Part shown: positions 1-14,055 of the stretch, piece after piece
How the letters are laid out: each line of letters begins with the position of its first letter
Position numbering within the stretch: the stretch's first letter is position 1
Assembly (NCBI RefSeq): GCF_036321535.1
Contig: NC_087447.1
Span: 49,540,001 to 49,604,000, forward strand
Direction: 5' to 3'
Length of the DNA: 64,000 nt
Source of the DNA: Camelus dromedarius
Taxonomy: Eukaryota
Made by a program: the position numbers and the translations under genes
Notes under the pieces: model-generated
Databases searched by the model: none
Told to the model about the DNA's origin: nothing
What the model saw: only the letters and a program-made list of their open reading frames with translations

Positions 1-2479
1 TTCTCTTAAGAAGCAGAGGATGGCGGGCTCTATCCTGACTCTGGGGCCCCTGGCACAAGCCACACACACAGCCCTGGTGGACTCAGCTGCTCCCCCTCCC
101 CCCAGATCTGCTGGGGGCAGGAGTTCCTGGGGCACTTCTGGACCCTGCAGGAGAAACTGGGAAAGGAGGAGAGGACAGGTAGAAGCTGCCCTGAGGCCCA
201 CCATCACCAGACACTGCTGGGCAGAGCGTCCATTATAACTGTGTGCCCTGTGCAGGCAGGGCCACCGTAATCCCATCAGGCAGGCTTAGGGAGGCTCTGT
301 GATCTGCCCAAGATCAAGGCTGGGATGTGGAGGAGCCAGGGTGAGAACCCCAGGCCTGGCTGACTTCAGAGATCATTCCTGGCTTCACACTGCTTTGCTT
401 CAGCCCACAGCTTCCCAGGACCACCTCTCCCAACGTCCTCTTTTAGATGGAAAACCAAAGTCCAGACAGAGAAAGGGCTCAAGGTCACAGAGAATTCTGG
501 GGGCAGAGCCAGGCAGAACTGTTTCCACTGACTGTCCCTCATCCCTTGACCATGTCCCTGCCACTGATCCTTCCCTGGATTCCCGCTCTCTGCCCACCCG
601 GAAGCAGGCTCCAGGGGCAGAGCTGTCTCCTGCTCCCTCAGTTCCCAGCACAGCAACTGCTCCATGGGGTCATCTGAGGGACGAGCTGAGAATCAGGGGA
701 TGGGACAGTGGGTCACAGCCTCCTGCCCAAGGCTGGCCAGCTGAGCATAGGGCTGACAAGGTCTGGCTAGGGCTGACCTGACACGTGTGGGGAGTTCATG
801 GGGGTGCTTGTCAGGCTAATTAACCCCCCCCCCCCACTAAGGAAAGCACATCAGGCTGTACTTGGCTGGCTTTCACAGAGCCTGCTGGTCACCGGAACAG
901 GGAGCAAACGCAGCCTCGGCTTCCAGAGCCACTGGCCGGCAACCCGGGCGCCCTCCCAGACGCCCCCGAATGCCTACTATGCATCAGTAGTGCTTTTACT
1001 CTGATAATTTTACAGGTAATTTCTCATCTGAATCTCACAACCTTGAGAGTTAGGAGTCCTTTATCTCCCTTTCACAGGAACAAGGAGGTCAGGGACTCAC
1101 CCTAGGTACTGGTAAGCATGCAAAGTCAGGACTTGCACCCAGGGCTGCCGGGCTGCCAAGACTCACCTGGTCCCAGAGGGAAGTTCTCCAGGGCCCCGGG
1201 GAGCTGGAGCCTCCTCTGCTGGGCTCATCAGTGTGAGAATGTGTCTAAGCTGCACTGACCATTTTTGAGGAGCTTAGAGAAATTTCCTTTCTTGCTTAGA
1301 AGGATCACAGATCAAGTATATAAAAACCCAGTTTCTTTGCTCTGGGCTGGAATTAGATCCTATCTGCAAATCGGTGGCCTAATACGTGCCCGGCACCCTA
1401 CTAGGTGTCACACCCACTGGGTGGTTTGATTTGACTTCATACCAGCCTTGAGGTTAGCCTAGGCTGAGCCTCAGACTGGCCATGTCACAAATGAAAGGTT
1501 GCACAGGCATGGGGTAGAGCTAGGACAGAACTCCAGGCACGTCAGGCCTCTGTAAGATGGGGGAGAACAGACTGGGCTTTTTTTTTTCTTAAATGGCTTA
1601 AGTTTATGCTGCTACTCCACTATATCCTTCTCCCTGCCAGCCTCCCCCCACCCTAAACCAACACAAGAAGAGGGAACATCTGTCATGCCTCTGGGTGCCA
1701 GCCGAGCCCAGCTGTTTGCCCACGACCCTGGCCCTGGTGGGGCCAGAAAACCATCTGGGAGCTGCTCAGGAACAAGGGCATTGAGAGGAGCCCTCAGAAC
1801 TCTTGGGAAAAGGATGCTTGGCACAGCCCAGCCCTGTCCCCCATACCCCATCCTGGGCAAGGGTGGCTTTGACCAAGCACCCTGTGTGGCAGGTTGTGGC
1901 CCCCTAGAGTGGGCAGCCCAGGCCCTGCTGAAATAAAGAAGCATCCACACCAGAGATCTGAGTTGCTCCCACTGACACCTCTTGGGAAGTGGAAAGGATG
2001 GAGGTGACAGTCTTGTTCTGCCTCTTAGGCCCTATCTATTGTTGCCCCTGCCCCAAGGACACAGGCCAGAGTCCCTTGTACAAAGACCAGCTCTGTTGGA
2101 CCCAGGCTGTGCACAGAACAGACAATCTGGGGAGGGTCAGTTCCTGACATCTGCCCCTACCCTTCCCCAGAGGCCAGACCCAAAACTCGAAGGCCTCTGG
2201 GGCACAGCTGGGGAGGGGCAGTGTCTGGTCGCAGGGCCCAGAGCAGTTTCTCCTCCTGTTGGAATGCACACACACAGGAGTGCAAACACACAGGTCTGGC
2301 CTGCAGGTGCAACCTGTACATAATTCATGGGCTCCTATTGCTTTGGCCTGGATAAAGTGTACCAAACAGGAGAATCCCGCAACAGGGAGCACTTCTGGGA
2401 AACGGGTGAGCAGGCCAGAGGGCTGGGGGATTATAGAAATCAAACAAATGAATACCACCAATAACAAGAGCTGTTTACA

Positions 2480-2640
2480 TATGTGGGGTCAGCTATCGGC
2501 TTTCACAAATTTCATGTGATTGAATCTTCCGAAAAGCCTAGTGTGGGAGTTAATATTGTTCCCATTTTACAGATGAGGAAACTGAGGCTCAAAGGTTAAG
2601 TAACTTAGCCATGTTCACACAGAAGGAAGAAGCAGAACTT
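2480..2640 (-). mobile_element. MIR SINE
   Basis: MIR core CCCATTTTACAGATGAGGAAACTGAGGCTCAAAGGTTAAGTAACTT. Confidence 0.85.
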
Positions 2641-4019
2641 CTTACCCTGCACACAACCCTCAACCCCAGCCTGGCTCAGCTCCACCCCGCAGCCCTCAGT
2701 CATAGTCTGGGGCCTTAGATGAACCATCAGTGAAGACACCAGAGCACTTCATCCTGAGCTCAGCAGGCTAACTGCTGAAGCAAGAGAGAATGAGGATTGA
2801 ATTTCTCCAGCAGAGCCAGCCTGACCTCCACTCCAGCAAATGTTTGCCCCCCACCCAGGGAGCCTCTGGACCCTGCCCAGCCAGGTAGCCCAGTGGACCT
2901 CAAGACTGGGGGAATAATGGTCTGAGCTCCCCCTGCACACATGCCAAGAAACCTGAAATCCCTTCAGAGCTGGAAGGGACATGCTAAGTGACCTTGCCCA
3001 ACCATAAGCATGAGGAACTCAAGATCCAGAGCAGGGAAGGACTTGTCCAAGATCCCATAATGGAGGAGCCCAGACAGTCCACCATCCTACCGGGCATCAG
3101 CTAGGTGCTGGGGACACTGAGATGAATGGCCTGGCCTCAAAGCACCCTAGTCAGGGGGGCACCCACTCAGCTGGTGTTCAGACCCTTGTGATCTGCCCCA
3201 GCCAGCTTCTCCAGCCCCATCTCCAGTGACCCCTGCTTTCCTCCCTCCGACCCCATCACCTCAGGCTCCCACAATGCCCTGATGTGTAACCCACTTGTTG
3301 CTACCTCTGTATGTTTGTTCCAGGCTGTTGCTTTTCCAAGAACGCCTTTCCCAGCTGGCCAGAACCTGCCCACCCCCCTTCAATCCCCATGGTAACCTCA
3401 GCTCTGCTTTGCAGAGCCTCACCCAAGTTCCCCGACCCCCAGCTCAGGCTGACAGAGTGCTCCCTCCCTTCCTCCCTCCTTCCCTCTTCTGAGCCCCTCA
3501 CCCCCAACACCTCCTGACAATATCTGTGCACTCTGCCCAGGGTAGCTGTCCCTGGAACTGTCTCCCTTACGCCCCTCAGGACCTGGGACTAAAGATCCCC
3601 CCAATCGAGTAACTGTGGCACCCCCACCTACCTGCCACGAAGACTTGGAACAATGGAAAAACCCACTTCTTCCTTTTAAGGCTTATATTTGTCTTTTAAA
3701 AAAAAAACAAAAACCTTAGTGGGCACGGGAAAATGAAATGGAAGGTTCTTAGATGCGTCTTGGCATTTCCAAACGCTGGCTCTGTGCCTGGCACACAGGA
3801 GATGTCTGAGATATGTTCCTTTGGTGGATGAAAGAATCAAAGTATCTCTACCGTCTACTCCCCCCACCCCTACCTGAAACTCCACCATTATTACCAATTC
3901 TTTCTTGGGGCTAAACAGTGCTCCCTGGGTTCCTCTCTCAAAATGCAAGCTGCCCTGGGAAAGAAATGAGCTCTAGCTGGAGGCTTCCTTGAAAAATGGG
4001 AAAGTTAAGGTCTGCTGAT

Positions 4020-4290
4020 CAGCCCTCTGAAGTGTTATCTCTGGGCTATCAGTCACAGACCCTGCTCTGTGACAAAGGAGCTGCATGTTCACACAGGCTT
4101 GGGAACGTTTGGTGGCACCAGGCCACGTGCTGGGTATCCCTCATTCGTATCAACCTATTAAAGGCCCTGAGAAGTCCTGTTTTGACTTACGTGAACTCGT
4201 GAACTCGAATTTTCCATATCTGTATGTGCCTTAGGACCCATTACCATCCCAGGGAACCAGGGCTCCCCAGAGCACAGTCTGGGAGGTGTG
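4020..4290. mobile_element. Old hAT-Charlie MITE (MER112-like)
   Basis: Core TATTAAAGGCCCTGAGAAGTCCTG with degraded flanks. The family name is uncertain. Confidence 0.45.
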
Positions 4291-5333
4291 GACTAGATGG
4301 CGTGCCCAAGTCCAATGCAGGACATGCATGTGCACTATAGGGTATTTGTGGCTGGCACCCAGCCAAGCCCATACTTCCCTGCGCTGATCATTCTACAGAG
4401 GCAGAAGGTCCCACCCAAACCACCAACAACACTTCTTTGTGACAGAGCACTAAATGAATGGGGCATCGTGCAGCTGCAAACAGAGCACAGAGGATGGAAC
4501 AGGTAACAGGCCAGGCTGGAGACCCCAGTTCCCATTGCCATGCTGTGCTCACTGCTGGCCACTGGGCAGGGGACCTCCTCCTGCTGAGCTCTGCTTTCAC
4601 TGTCTGCAAAACAGAGATAATGCTGTTCTCAGGGCTGTTGTGAAAATGCGGTGTGGTACTGCAGGCAGAAGCAGATTATAAACTGTAAAGTCCTGTACTG
4701 GCATTTGCTATATACATCATTATTTCCCTGCATGTGCTGCCAGGAGGGTGTGTCAAGTTTTGATTGCTCACAAGCCACTGCAGAGGTCCTCCAATCAGGA
4801 TGGACAGATTGGATGGATGGAAGGAAGGAATCCCTAGTAAGACCTGGGATCAACAAATGGCTGGTTGAATAGTTATGCATGAATGAATCAATGAACCAAT
4901 TCCAATAAACTCAACTGCTCCATTTCTTAGTCAACTGGTAGAAGAAGCAAATTAGGAAATATCCACAATAAGAGCAAGAGAGGAGGAAAAGAGGTGCTGG
5001 GCTGCTGGAGGCGGGTCTGCGGGCAGCAGAATGAAGGGTCGGGGTGAAAAAAGGCAGAAACCTACAAAGTCAGAAAATGGTGCTGAAGGGGCACAGCAGC
5101 CCAGGGTCACTGGGTGCAGGGACAGCTGGTCTCCCAGCAGAGCAGTCAGTGTTCACAAGGCCCACCCCTGAGAGGTTAAACTGTGGGCGTCATGCTGAGA
5201 AAGGAAGTAATCAATTCTTTTCACAAAGATTTCTATCCAAAACTATAAAAGGGTTGTTTTTAAAAGGAATAGGGAACAGAAGGAAGCCTTAGGGACGCAA
5301 GCCTCAGCTGTCTGAAAAAATACTTACATTTTT

Positions 5334-5480
5334 TTCCCTTTTTTTATTTTGTTTTGGATTTTGAGGGGGAGGGGGTGGTAATTAGTTTTTTTTTTTTTTA
5401 ATGGAGGTACTGGGGATTGAACCCAGGACCCCATGCTTACTAAGCAAGCACTCCACCACTGAGCTATACCCTCCTTGCTT
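5334..5480 (-). mobile_element. tRNA-derived SINE (camelid Vic-1-like)
   Basis: Minus strand reads GGAGGGTATAGCTCAGTGG (A box)...GGGTTCAATCCCCAGTACCTCC (B box), then an A-rich tail. TSD cttacattttt at 5323-5333 and 5482-5492. Confidence 0.9.
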
Positions 5481-8400
5481 CCTTACATTTTTATACTAAC
5501 TTATCAACATATTCATGCACAGGACAAACATTTTTAAAGTGCCTCCTGTGTGCCAGGCAAGTGCTATTAGGTGCTGGGGGAGGGGGACACAAGGCCTCAT
5601 CAGACAGTGTCACACATCAAAGACTTGGATAGATAAATGAGGTGCTGGGTCACTTGAGGAAAGAGTAGGTGATGGAGGGAAACAAAAAAGCCGTAGACAG
5701 GAAGCTTGGAGGACCAAACTAAATCCCCACATGACCTCAGGCAAGTCACCCTCATTCCCTGAGTCTCCATGTTCCTGTCCATCAAATGGGGCATATAACA
5801 AAAATCACAGAAGCTACTACATTGCACCAGGCACTAGACCAGTAGTTACAGACCTTGTCTCACCTCATGTACACAGCCAGCAAGACAGCTGTTGCTTTAC
5901 TTTGTGGGGGAAGATGGTCCCTTTCACAGATGAGCAAACTGAGGCTCAGCTGGTTACTTGTATGCCCAAGGGCAGAGCTGGTGAGAGCCGGAATTTAACC
6001 CCAGGTTTGTCTGACTCCAGAGCTCACTGTCTCCTACCTTCCCCAACACGTCCCGCACTGCTCTCACAGATTGCCATGAGGATTCGGTGACATCATGGAT
6101 ATCAAACTGCTTTGTAAAGGTAAACGATCTTGTCTCCAAAGCCAACAAGAAATCAGTCTCAACCCTCTATGAAAGCAAACGCTGAAGTTCACAGGGCACT
6201 CAGATCTGGCAGCAGCCCAGGACTCCTGGTTCCTGATCCCTCCACCTCCTTGGCCCCAGCAGCGCCAGGAGCCTCATCTAACTCTACACAGCCCATGGGG
6301 CCCCTCTCAGAAACGACCTCATTCCTGACCATCCACCTCCGCTGCCCCGCTATGCTCGACACCTCCAGGCTCCTTCACCCCACCAATGGGCCAGTTGCCT
6401 CATCGATCAGAGCCTAGGGTTTCCCACCCACAAAATGAGGGATTAAAGCAGAACTCACGTAGGAAAGGATCTGCTCCAAAGAGGGACTCACAAATATGAC
6501 TGAACTTTTGTTGGATGAGTTTAACTGGGTGGGTAGGACGAAATCCAGGCTCTCAAAATCCCTGGCTGAGGAGGAAGGCACTACCCCACCCACAAGGAAT
6601 CCTCCACTATACCTTAAACTCCTCACCTGGCCTGAGAGGTGAACTCAGCTCCTACCACCACTACCACCACCAGCAGGACCCTAATCTGCCAGCTTCCCAG
6701 GGTAATTGGGGCCCAGGTAAGTGAGAGAGAGGAAAGGGGGCTTCAGATGAACCGCATTTATCTTTACTGGAGACACCTGGGCCCTGGGCCACAGACATCC
6801 TCATAGGCCTAACATGGCCCAGAGAAGCTGCTAACTGGCTTCAGGCCACCCAGCAAATCAGAAGGCAAGTGGGTGCTGTGACCCAAGCATTCTAGGCCCA
6901 ACCCAGGGCTCCCCACTGCCCTAGAGTCACTCCTTTTGCAGCGTGGATCAAGCGCAGAGAACAGTGAGTATAGTCAAGATGATGCACCCACCCCACCCGA
7001 CGCTGGTCAGGAGGCACTGGCCATTGACAGCTGTACCCCCAAGAAGCAAGTTGAAAACCAGCAGCTAGTTGCTCCATTCCCTGCCTCACTCACTGCAGAT
7101 ACTGACAGGGCAGATTTGTACAGAGAATGGGCTCAGTCTGCCTCTGCAGAGTCCTCAAGAAGAGGAAGGAGGTTCCAGTTGCAGCATAATGGATTTAAAT
7201 TAGACACCAGAAAGAACTTCCGGAGGCAGTATTAAAAATGACAGGGCACCGAGAAAGGGAGCAGGATGAAAGCGGTTGCAGAGTCTCTTCTAAAAGACAA
7301 GATGCTATCTCACTCATTATGTCATTTTAGCTTCAAAACAGACCTGAAAGGTAAGTGTGGCTGCCCATGTTTTCTAGATGAGCAACTGATGCTCAGAGAG
7401 GGTAAGTGACTTGGCCAGTGTCTTCAAAGCTCTGCTCTGAAGAAGCAGAGCTGGGCTTCAAAGCCAGGACTGACTCAGAAGACTGCACATCTCTCTTCTC
7501 TGGAAGGCCTCTGAGATCGAGATCAAGGCACCACCACACCCACCACAGGCATCTTACCGCCCATCTTCAGACGCTCAGTGGTGGCCAGTTATAAAGAAAG
7601 GGCTCTGCGTTCCCGGCCTGCCCAGCTGCCCCCAAGATGCTATGCCCTGGAGCCTCAAGGTGCTTTCCATGTAATGTGCCCGACACCTCTTCTGTCTCAC
7701 TATGCACCTCAGCTCCCCTGACATCAGCCTACCCGTGGCCTTTGTCCCACTCTGGAGATAAGGCTGTCCCTGGCAAGGCCACCCTGGAAGCCACCTGTAG
7801 CCTGATGTGTGTGTGTTGGGGGGAGAGTTGCTGTCTTCTCTGCAGCAACAGGGTAGACAGGAGGCCTGGCTCCCCCAGATGCACTCAGTGCTTCACACAT
7901 CACTGCCCTGGTCCTGGAAGGGCTGAGCCCCATCCCACCACTGCGGAAATGGAAGGTCATAGCAACCAAGACACTTGCCCACCATTAAAGTATAAGGAAT
8001 AATTCAATAGGAAACTGAGCCAGGATTCAAACCCAGGTCTGCCTGATTCCAGAAGCCAAATGTGCCCCCAGCACATCACTGTACCTGTGAGCGCCTGCTG
8101 TGTGGTCTGCTCACCATGACCCCTGGGGCCATGCCTCCTGGCCTTATGCTTACCCTTCCCCCTTCCTAAAATACCTTTCCTGTCCAGTTTGGGCCAGTGG
8201 AGGTCCTAGTCTAACTTCAAGACTCATTTCAAATGCCCCCTTCTCCGTGAAGCTTCCCTGATTTCTCATTCTCCTCCGAGTTTCTCTGTTCTCACTTGTC
8301 TCCTGCTCGTAGCTGCCAGACCTGCCCCGTGAGGAAGAGACCTAGACTGTGTCCCAACCACTCCCCTCCACCCCAGCCTTGGGGCTCCTCCAGGGCAGCG

Positions 8401-8744
8401 ACACCCGAGTCCTCTTGCTCCCAGCTCCCAGCACACACTTTGGGGCAGAACTTGGGGACCTCTCGTCCAACTGCTTTCTTCCACAGAGGGGACACTGAGT
8501 CTTGATAGAATGAGAGGCCACTTCTCCCACTTCTCACAGGACCTGGTTTGCAGGAGAGGGCTTGGGGGAGGGGAGGATAGCTGACAGGTGTGTGTCAACA
8601 ACGTGGCAAGGTTGCGGGGAAGTGTCACAGCCTCATTACTGGGGCAAAGTCTAGACTGAGGGCGGTGATGGTCCCCATCCTCTCATTAAAGGTCCGGCCA
8701 CACCGTCAGTTCTGGGCTTTCACTGTATTATTTGGGATAATGGT

Positions 8745-8990
8745 AAAGGCTGTCATTTACTGGGCACTTCCTGCTTGCCAGGCACCGTCTGAAGCACTTT
8801 TTGTTTATTCACTAAATCTTCACAACAACCCTACAAAGTACTTCCTGTTATTCCCATTTCCAAGATGAGGAAACTGAGGCACAGAGAGATTAAGGGGCAC
8901 ACTGTTTTGTTCCCCAGCCATATTACGGCAGAGTCAGGACTGCAGGATAAAGTCTGGTTTCAGAGCCTATGTTCTAACCACTACTCTCCA
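8745..8990 (-). mobile_element. MIR SINE
   Basis: AATCTTCACAACAACCCTA...GATGAGGAAACTGAGGCACAGAGAGATTAAG. Confidence 0.85.
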
Positions 8991-10929
8991 TTGCCTGACA
9001 AAGATGGACAGAGACACAGGATGGAAAAAACTCAGAGCCAGGTCCTCAGTGGACTGGTGGTGGCAGAGCTGAATCAAGTGATGGGGATAGCGGCCGGGGG
9101 CCTAGGCACCAATCTCAAAGGGGTGATAAGGAAAGATGGGTGCCCCCTGAACTCCTCTCCCTGAGGGGACTGCGGCTGTTGGGATGCCTTGGTTCGTCTC
9201 TGGGGTCGGGGCTGAGACCCCCTTCATAAGGGATATGCTCAAGTACCAAGAGATGAGCCTTAAACTGCATCCTAAGGAGGGTGAGTCCACAGACCCCACT
9301 GCTTTTGACCAAGAGAGTGAGGAACATCTTCCGTTTGCCTCTCTGGGCCTGGACCACTCTGCGTGGAGTCATGGAGGCTGATCTCAATGGATTGCACTGG
9401 GCTACGTGCCGCTGGAGGTTTACCTAGTAGGAGGCCCCCATGGGAGACCGAAGGAAGAAAGAGAGTTGAGGTTTTATTCCCTAACCAGGTCTCCTAGGCT
9501 GACTGGGTCACTCACCTGCAGGACACAGCTGCTGTCCACACAGCTGACCACTTCCTCCCCTGGCATCTGCAGCCCTGGGCAGTGGCTGCCCCCGGGTACT
9601 GCCCTCCCTTTGTTGGTTTGCCACACTCCACTCCCGGGCAGCTCACCCTGGGCTGATGCACCCTCTCTGGCTGGGCCAGAGCAGGATCACGGGCTGCCGC
9701 CAATGACCCCATTTTTGCAGTCTTTCCTCAAACAGAGCCTCCTCTCAATGTGCACAGAACAAATGATTGCAGAATAGTGGTTTGCAGGGGTGCTGTTACT
9801 AAGCATACAGGTCTCTACTGTCTCCGCCTGGCCTGGCCCAGCATGCGGAACAGGTTGGGGGCAGGGAGCAGGACTGGGCCACGAAGGGCAGGAGGCTGAG
9901 TTCAGTGAGGCAGTCACAGCCAGTGTGAGTGCTCACCATACGGCAGGCACTGTGCGCTACACGCCAAGCACTCCATTCGCCTCTCAGAACCCTGCAAGGA
10001 GGTACACCCTATTTATGCATTTTATGGAAGAGAAAACTGGTGCTCAAAAACCTGAAATGACTCACCCAGAGTCATAATGCCAGTAAATGACAAAGCCAGG
10101 ACTCAAATGCAACTTTCTCTGCCTCCAAAACACATCCTGGTAACTACCTTGAAAGAATTTTATTGGTTTGGCTTTCAGCAGAGGCAGCTGACGTAAGTGG
10201 GGTCAATTACTGGTGAGGGCCACACAGAGGCCTCCCATGTCTCCCCAGTACCCTCCCCTGGATGAAAAAAAAAACCCTCTGACATTCTTCAGTTCTCCCA
10301 GGTGGGACGGAAGCCCTGAGCAGGCAGTGCAATTGGGTGTTTAGGTTGGAAAAACAAGCAGATTCAGACAAGGCTTCATTGTTAAGGAGAGCTTGACGCT
10401 TTGGCCATTAAAACAAAACCAAGCAAGATAAAATGCTTGCTGCCTTGTCTTATCTCTTAGAAAGAAGGCAGACAGGGAAAGGCCCCCACACTGGGTGTTG
10501 ATCCCCAACCACCCATCAGCCTCCACCTCAGAGACCCAGCCTCAGGTGGCCCGGGCAGTAGAAAGAGCACTGCACGGGGAGTCCAGGGTCTGAGTCCAGC
10601 CAAGCTCTGCCACTGTCTGCGAACTTCTGCTGCACACGGCCAGCGGGTCCAGCACTGCACTGGTGCTTTCTGTGCCCAGCCTCGTTTGGTCTCTCTGGCC
10701 TTTCCAGAGAGAGATTATTGTTATTTCTGTTTTCAGATGAGGATGCTCAGGCTCAGAGAAGACACCCAAGCAGGGAGGAGAGAAGTGCTGGAACCCAGGT
10801 TTACCAGATTGCAAGGTCTTTCCACTCCCCTGCTTCTCCAGGGAGAGCAGTATCGCAGAGGAGGGAGCAGCCCGGAAGTGCAGGTATCGTGCTGGAAATG
10901 CTGTAGGAGCCACACTGCAAGGGGTGGCC

Positions 10930-11085
10930 AGGTGGTTCTCAATCTTGGCTGCACGTTGACATCACCTGGGGAGCTTTAAAAACTACTGATACCTGGGTCT
11001 TGCCTCAGATTGTGAGGTGGGAGCAGGCAGGACTCTTAAAATTTTCCTAAATCATTCTAATTTGTGCAGCGAATTTAAGACCCAT
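10930..11085 (+). mobile_element. MER5A/MER5A1-like hAT MITE
   Basis: GTGGTTCTCAATCTTGGCTGCACGTTGACATCACCTGGGGAGCTTTAAAAA. Confidence 0.7.
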
Positions 11086-12089
11086 GGGCCCAGATGCCCA
11101 CTACAGCCTCTCCTCCCTCACAAGCTTCCCACCCCACTCCTCTTGAAGGAAAGAAGGGCTTTGTTACTCTGACACCATTTTACAAAAGGGACAAAAACCA
11201 GGCAACACGTAAGGGACGAGGTCATGTCCTCAAGGCCCCACAACCAGCCATGACTGCAGGCAGCATGAGATGACCCGGACTTCAGGGTGCCTCTGGGTTG
11301 AACTCTTTGAAGATACTTGGGGGGTCTTGGCTCCCTTGTCAGTGGAAGAAAACTTTCACTTTGAGCCTCCTGGGTGGGAGAGTGAGATGAATTCTTCATG
11401 GCATTTTTTTTTTTTTCAAATAGAGGCCACTCATTCAAAAGCTAAACAGCTGTGGGATTAATGCTGGAAGACCACCTCTGCCGGAGGGTGTGCCTTGGGA
11501 GCAAGAAGATAAAAGAACTCTGAGCAAGGCCTGTTTATTCTTTTCTGTAGGAGATTTTGTCCCAGGCCTGAGAAGAGCTGGGACCCTCAGACCTAGGCCC
11601 ACACTTCCTCCCCACCTGCCTTCCTTGTACCCTCCAAGCAGATTGTCACAGATGGCGAGATAGCGTGGGGTGGTAGGAAGAGGCATGCCTGTGGAGTCCA
11701 GCAGAACTAGGGTCTGCCCAAGCTCTCCTCCTAGACAGCTACCCTGGGACAGGAACCAGTCCCCTCTGAGTTCATGCCTAGTGCTGACCTCACAGTGGTG
11801 CTGAGGTGCGTGTGCGTGCATATGTGTTAAACAATTCTTTCAAATTCAGCTCCGGGACCACCACCTCCGGGAAGCCTTTTCCGACTTCCTCCCCACCCAG
11901 CACTGGACAACCCCAGCCCCTGGCCTTCCCTGCCATATTCTGTCTATTCTGTGTTGGCACTGCTGCCTCCCCTCCCCACTGGACCGCTCATTCATTCATT
12001 GCACAGAGCAGCTGCCTCTGCCTGGGATTCATTCCATTCGTCCTTCCTTAGCACCTGTCCTACCAGACTCTGCTTCGTGCTCCAGGTAC

Positions 12090-12270
12090 AGGTAACAACA
12101 GCTAACATGCATCAAGTGTTTGTTATGTGCTGGGTAGTTTTCTGAGTGCTTTACACATATAACTCATTTAATCCTCACCACAAACATCATTGTTCCCATT
12201 TTACAGATGGGGAAACTGAGGCCCAAAGAGGTTACATCACCTGCCCGAGTCACACGGCTAGTAAGTGTGC
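12090..12270 (-). mobile_element. MIR SINE
   Basis: AACTCATTTAATCCTCAC...CCCATTTTACAGATGGGGAAACTGAGGC. Confidence 0.85.
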
Positions 12271-13864
12271 ACTTGGGCTGTGATTTGAGCATTACCCTCT
12301 ACCCACCATCCAAGGATGTCGATGGGACCAGTCGCCGCCCTGAGAGCTCATTCTTTACAATTTGGAAGTTTTGGATCTGTGTTTACTTGTTTAGTGTCTG
12401 TTTTCCCTAAAGACCAAAATCTCCAAACGTGTTACATTTTGGATGTGTGTGTGTGAGAGGGAGAAAGAGGGAGACCAAACGAATGCTGCTTCCCCTGAAG
12501 GAAGGACTCACTCTGCAGCATCTGCTACCTAGACCCCAGATCGGCTCTCCCAGTCATTCCTGCTGCTAAGGCCTGAGAAGAACCAGGTCCCTGGACATCC
12601 TGGTCCTGCTCCCTGCCTAACTTAGCTTGGGGCCTGCCCAGTGGGAAGGTGGTGGGAATCACAGCTCTGCAAATCCCATCTGACAGTATGACAGCAAAGT
12701 GTCCTCCTCTGGGAAGCCCTCCCTGCCTGCCTGGCACACCCCACTCCTGGCATCACTAGCTGGACTCTTCCATCAGCTTCTTACTGAGTCACTCAATCTT
12801 GAAGCTACTGAGGGGACAGGCAAGGGGACTCTTGCTGAAGGAGCACCCGCCTGTGTGTCAGGCCTGACACCTGCCTCCCATTGTCTCATCCAACCCCCAC
12901 AACACTGTGATTAACAGCCCCATTTTATAGGGAAAGAAATAGAGGTACAAAGTGAGCAAATTGCCCAAGGGGTAGCTCACACTACCTGTCCCAGATAGGG
13001 GTGGGGCGGCCACTTTGTGCCACGCACGCTGCTGGGCACTCGGAGGGTTGGGACGGCAGAGAATCTACTTCTGACTGGCTAACAAGGGAAGCAGACCTGC
13101 CCAAGCCCAATCCACAGACCACAGTCGGTGAGCGAGGGCTGTGGATCTATGAGGGAGGAATCCTGGAAGCTTCTAGAAGGAGGCATCTTCAGGCCTGGCT
13201 AGATTCCTCACTGCTCCACTCCCATGACCACCACAGGAGGAAGGGCAAGCCTTGGTTTACAAAGCTCTGGTGCCCCAAGGGTACCGCCTTGGAGGCTGTG
13301 AAAGGAGAAGCAGCTGCCCAGCCAGCTGCCCTGCCAATGACCCCCCTGTGGCTGAGCCAGCCCTGCCAACCTGGCCTGGCCCAGCCAGCTCCCAATCACA
13401 GGGTCTCCTCTGCCCAGCTAATGACCGTGCTGCCAGCAGCCCAGGCCACCACCCTCCTTCGGGGGAGGCAGCAGCTAACTACAGAGCCTGCTGGCCCAGA
13501 CAGCGACCGGGCCAAAAATCACAGTCACTTGTCACACCACATCCTCTGGCCCTGATGCTGTGGTCTCCTCCCCTACCTTCCAGGGTCACAAAGGACACTG
13601 CAGAAGGCTGGAGCTCTGGAAGCTCAGACACCACCCCATTCACCATAGACCCGGGAAAAAGACCACAGAGAGGGGCTGATTCACCCCAAATCACACAGCC
13701 AGCCAGTGCAGGGCCCAGGGTCCCCTGCACAACTCAGCACTGCCCTTCCTTAACCTGAGAAGGTTCATTTCTAGGCTTTTTACACATGCAGTGTGCTCTC
13801 CTGCTACTTGGGTGGAGTTGAAGAGGCAGGACATCTTCTAAGAGCTGTCTGTTTGGTCACAGAT

Positions 13865-14055
13865 AAGAGCACACTCTTGATTCCTCACTCCCCATTGTCT
13901 AGCTGTGTGACCTTGAGCAAGACAATGTACCTCTCTGAGCCCCCGTTTCTGAGGCCTAACAGTAGCTACCTCCCAGAGCTGTGAATGAGATCCTCTGTAA
14001 AGAGCTTAGCACAGTGTCTGGCTCAGAATAAAAACTCAAGAGCATTAGCAACAGT
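13865..14055 (+). mobile_element. MIR SINE
   Basis: CTAGCTGTGTGACCTTGAGCAAG...CTCTCTGAGCC...GCTTAGCACAGTGTCTGGC. Confidence 0.8.
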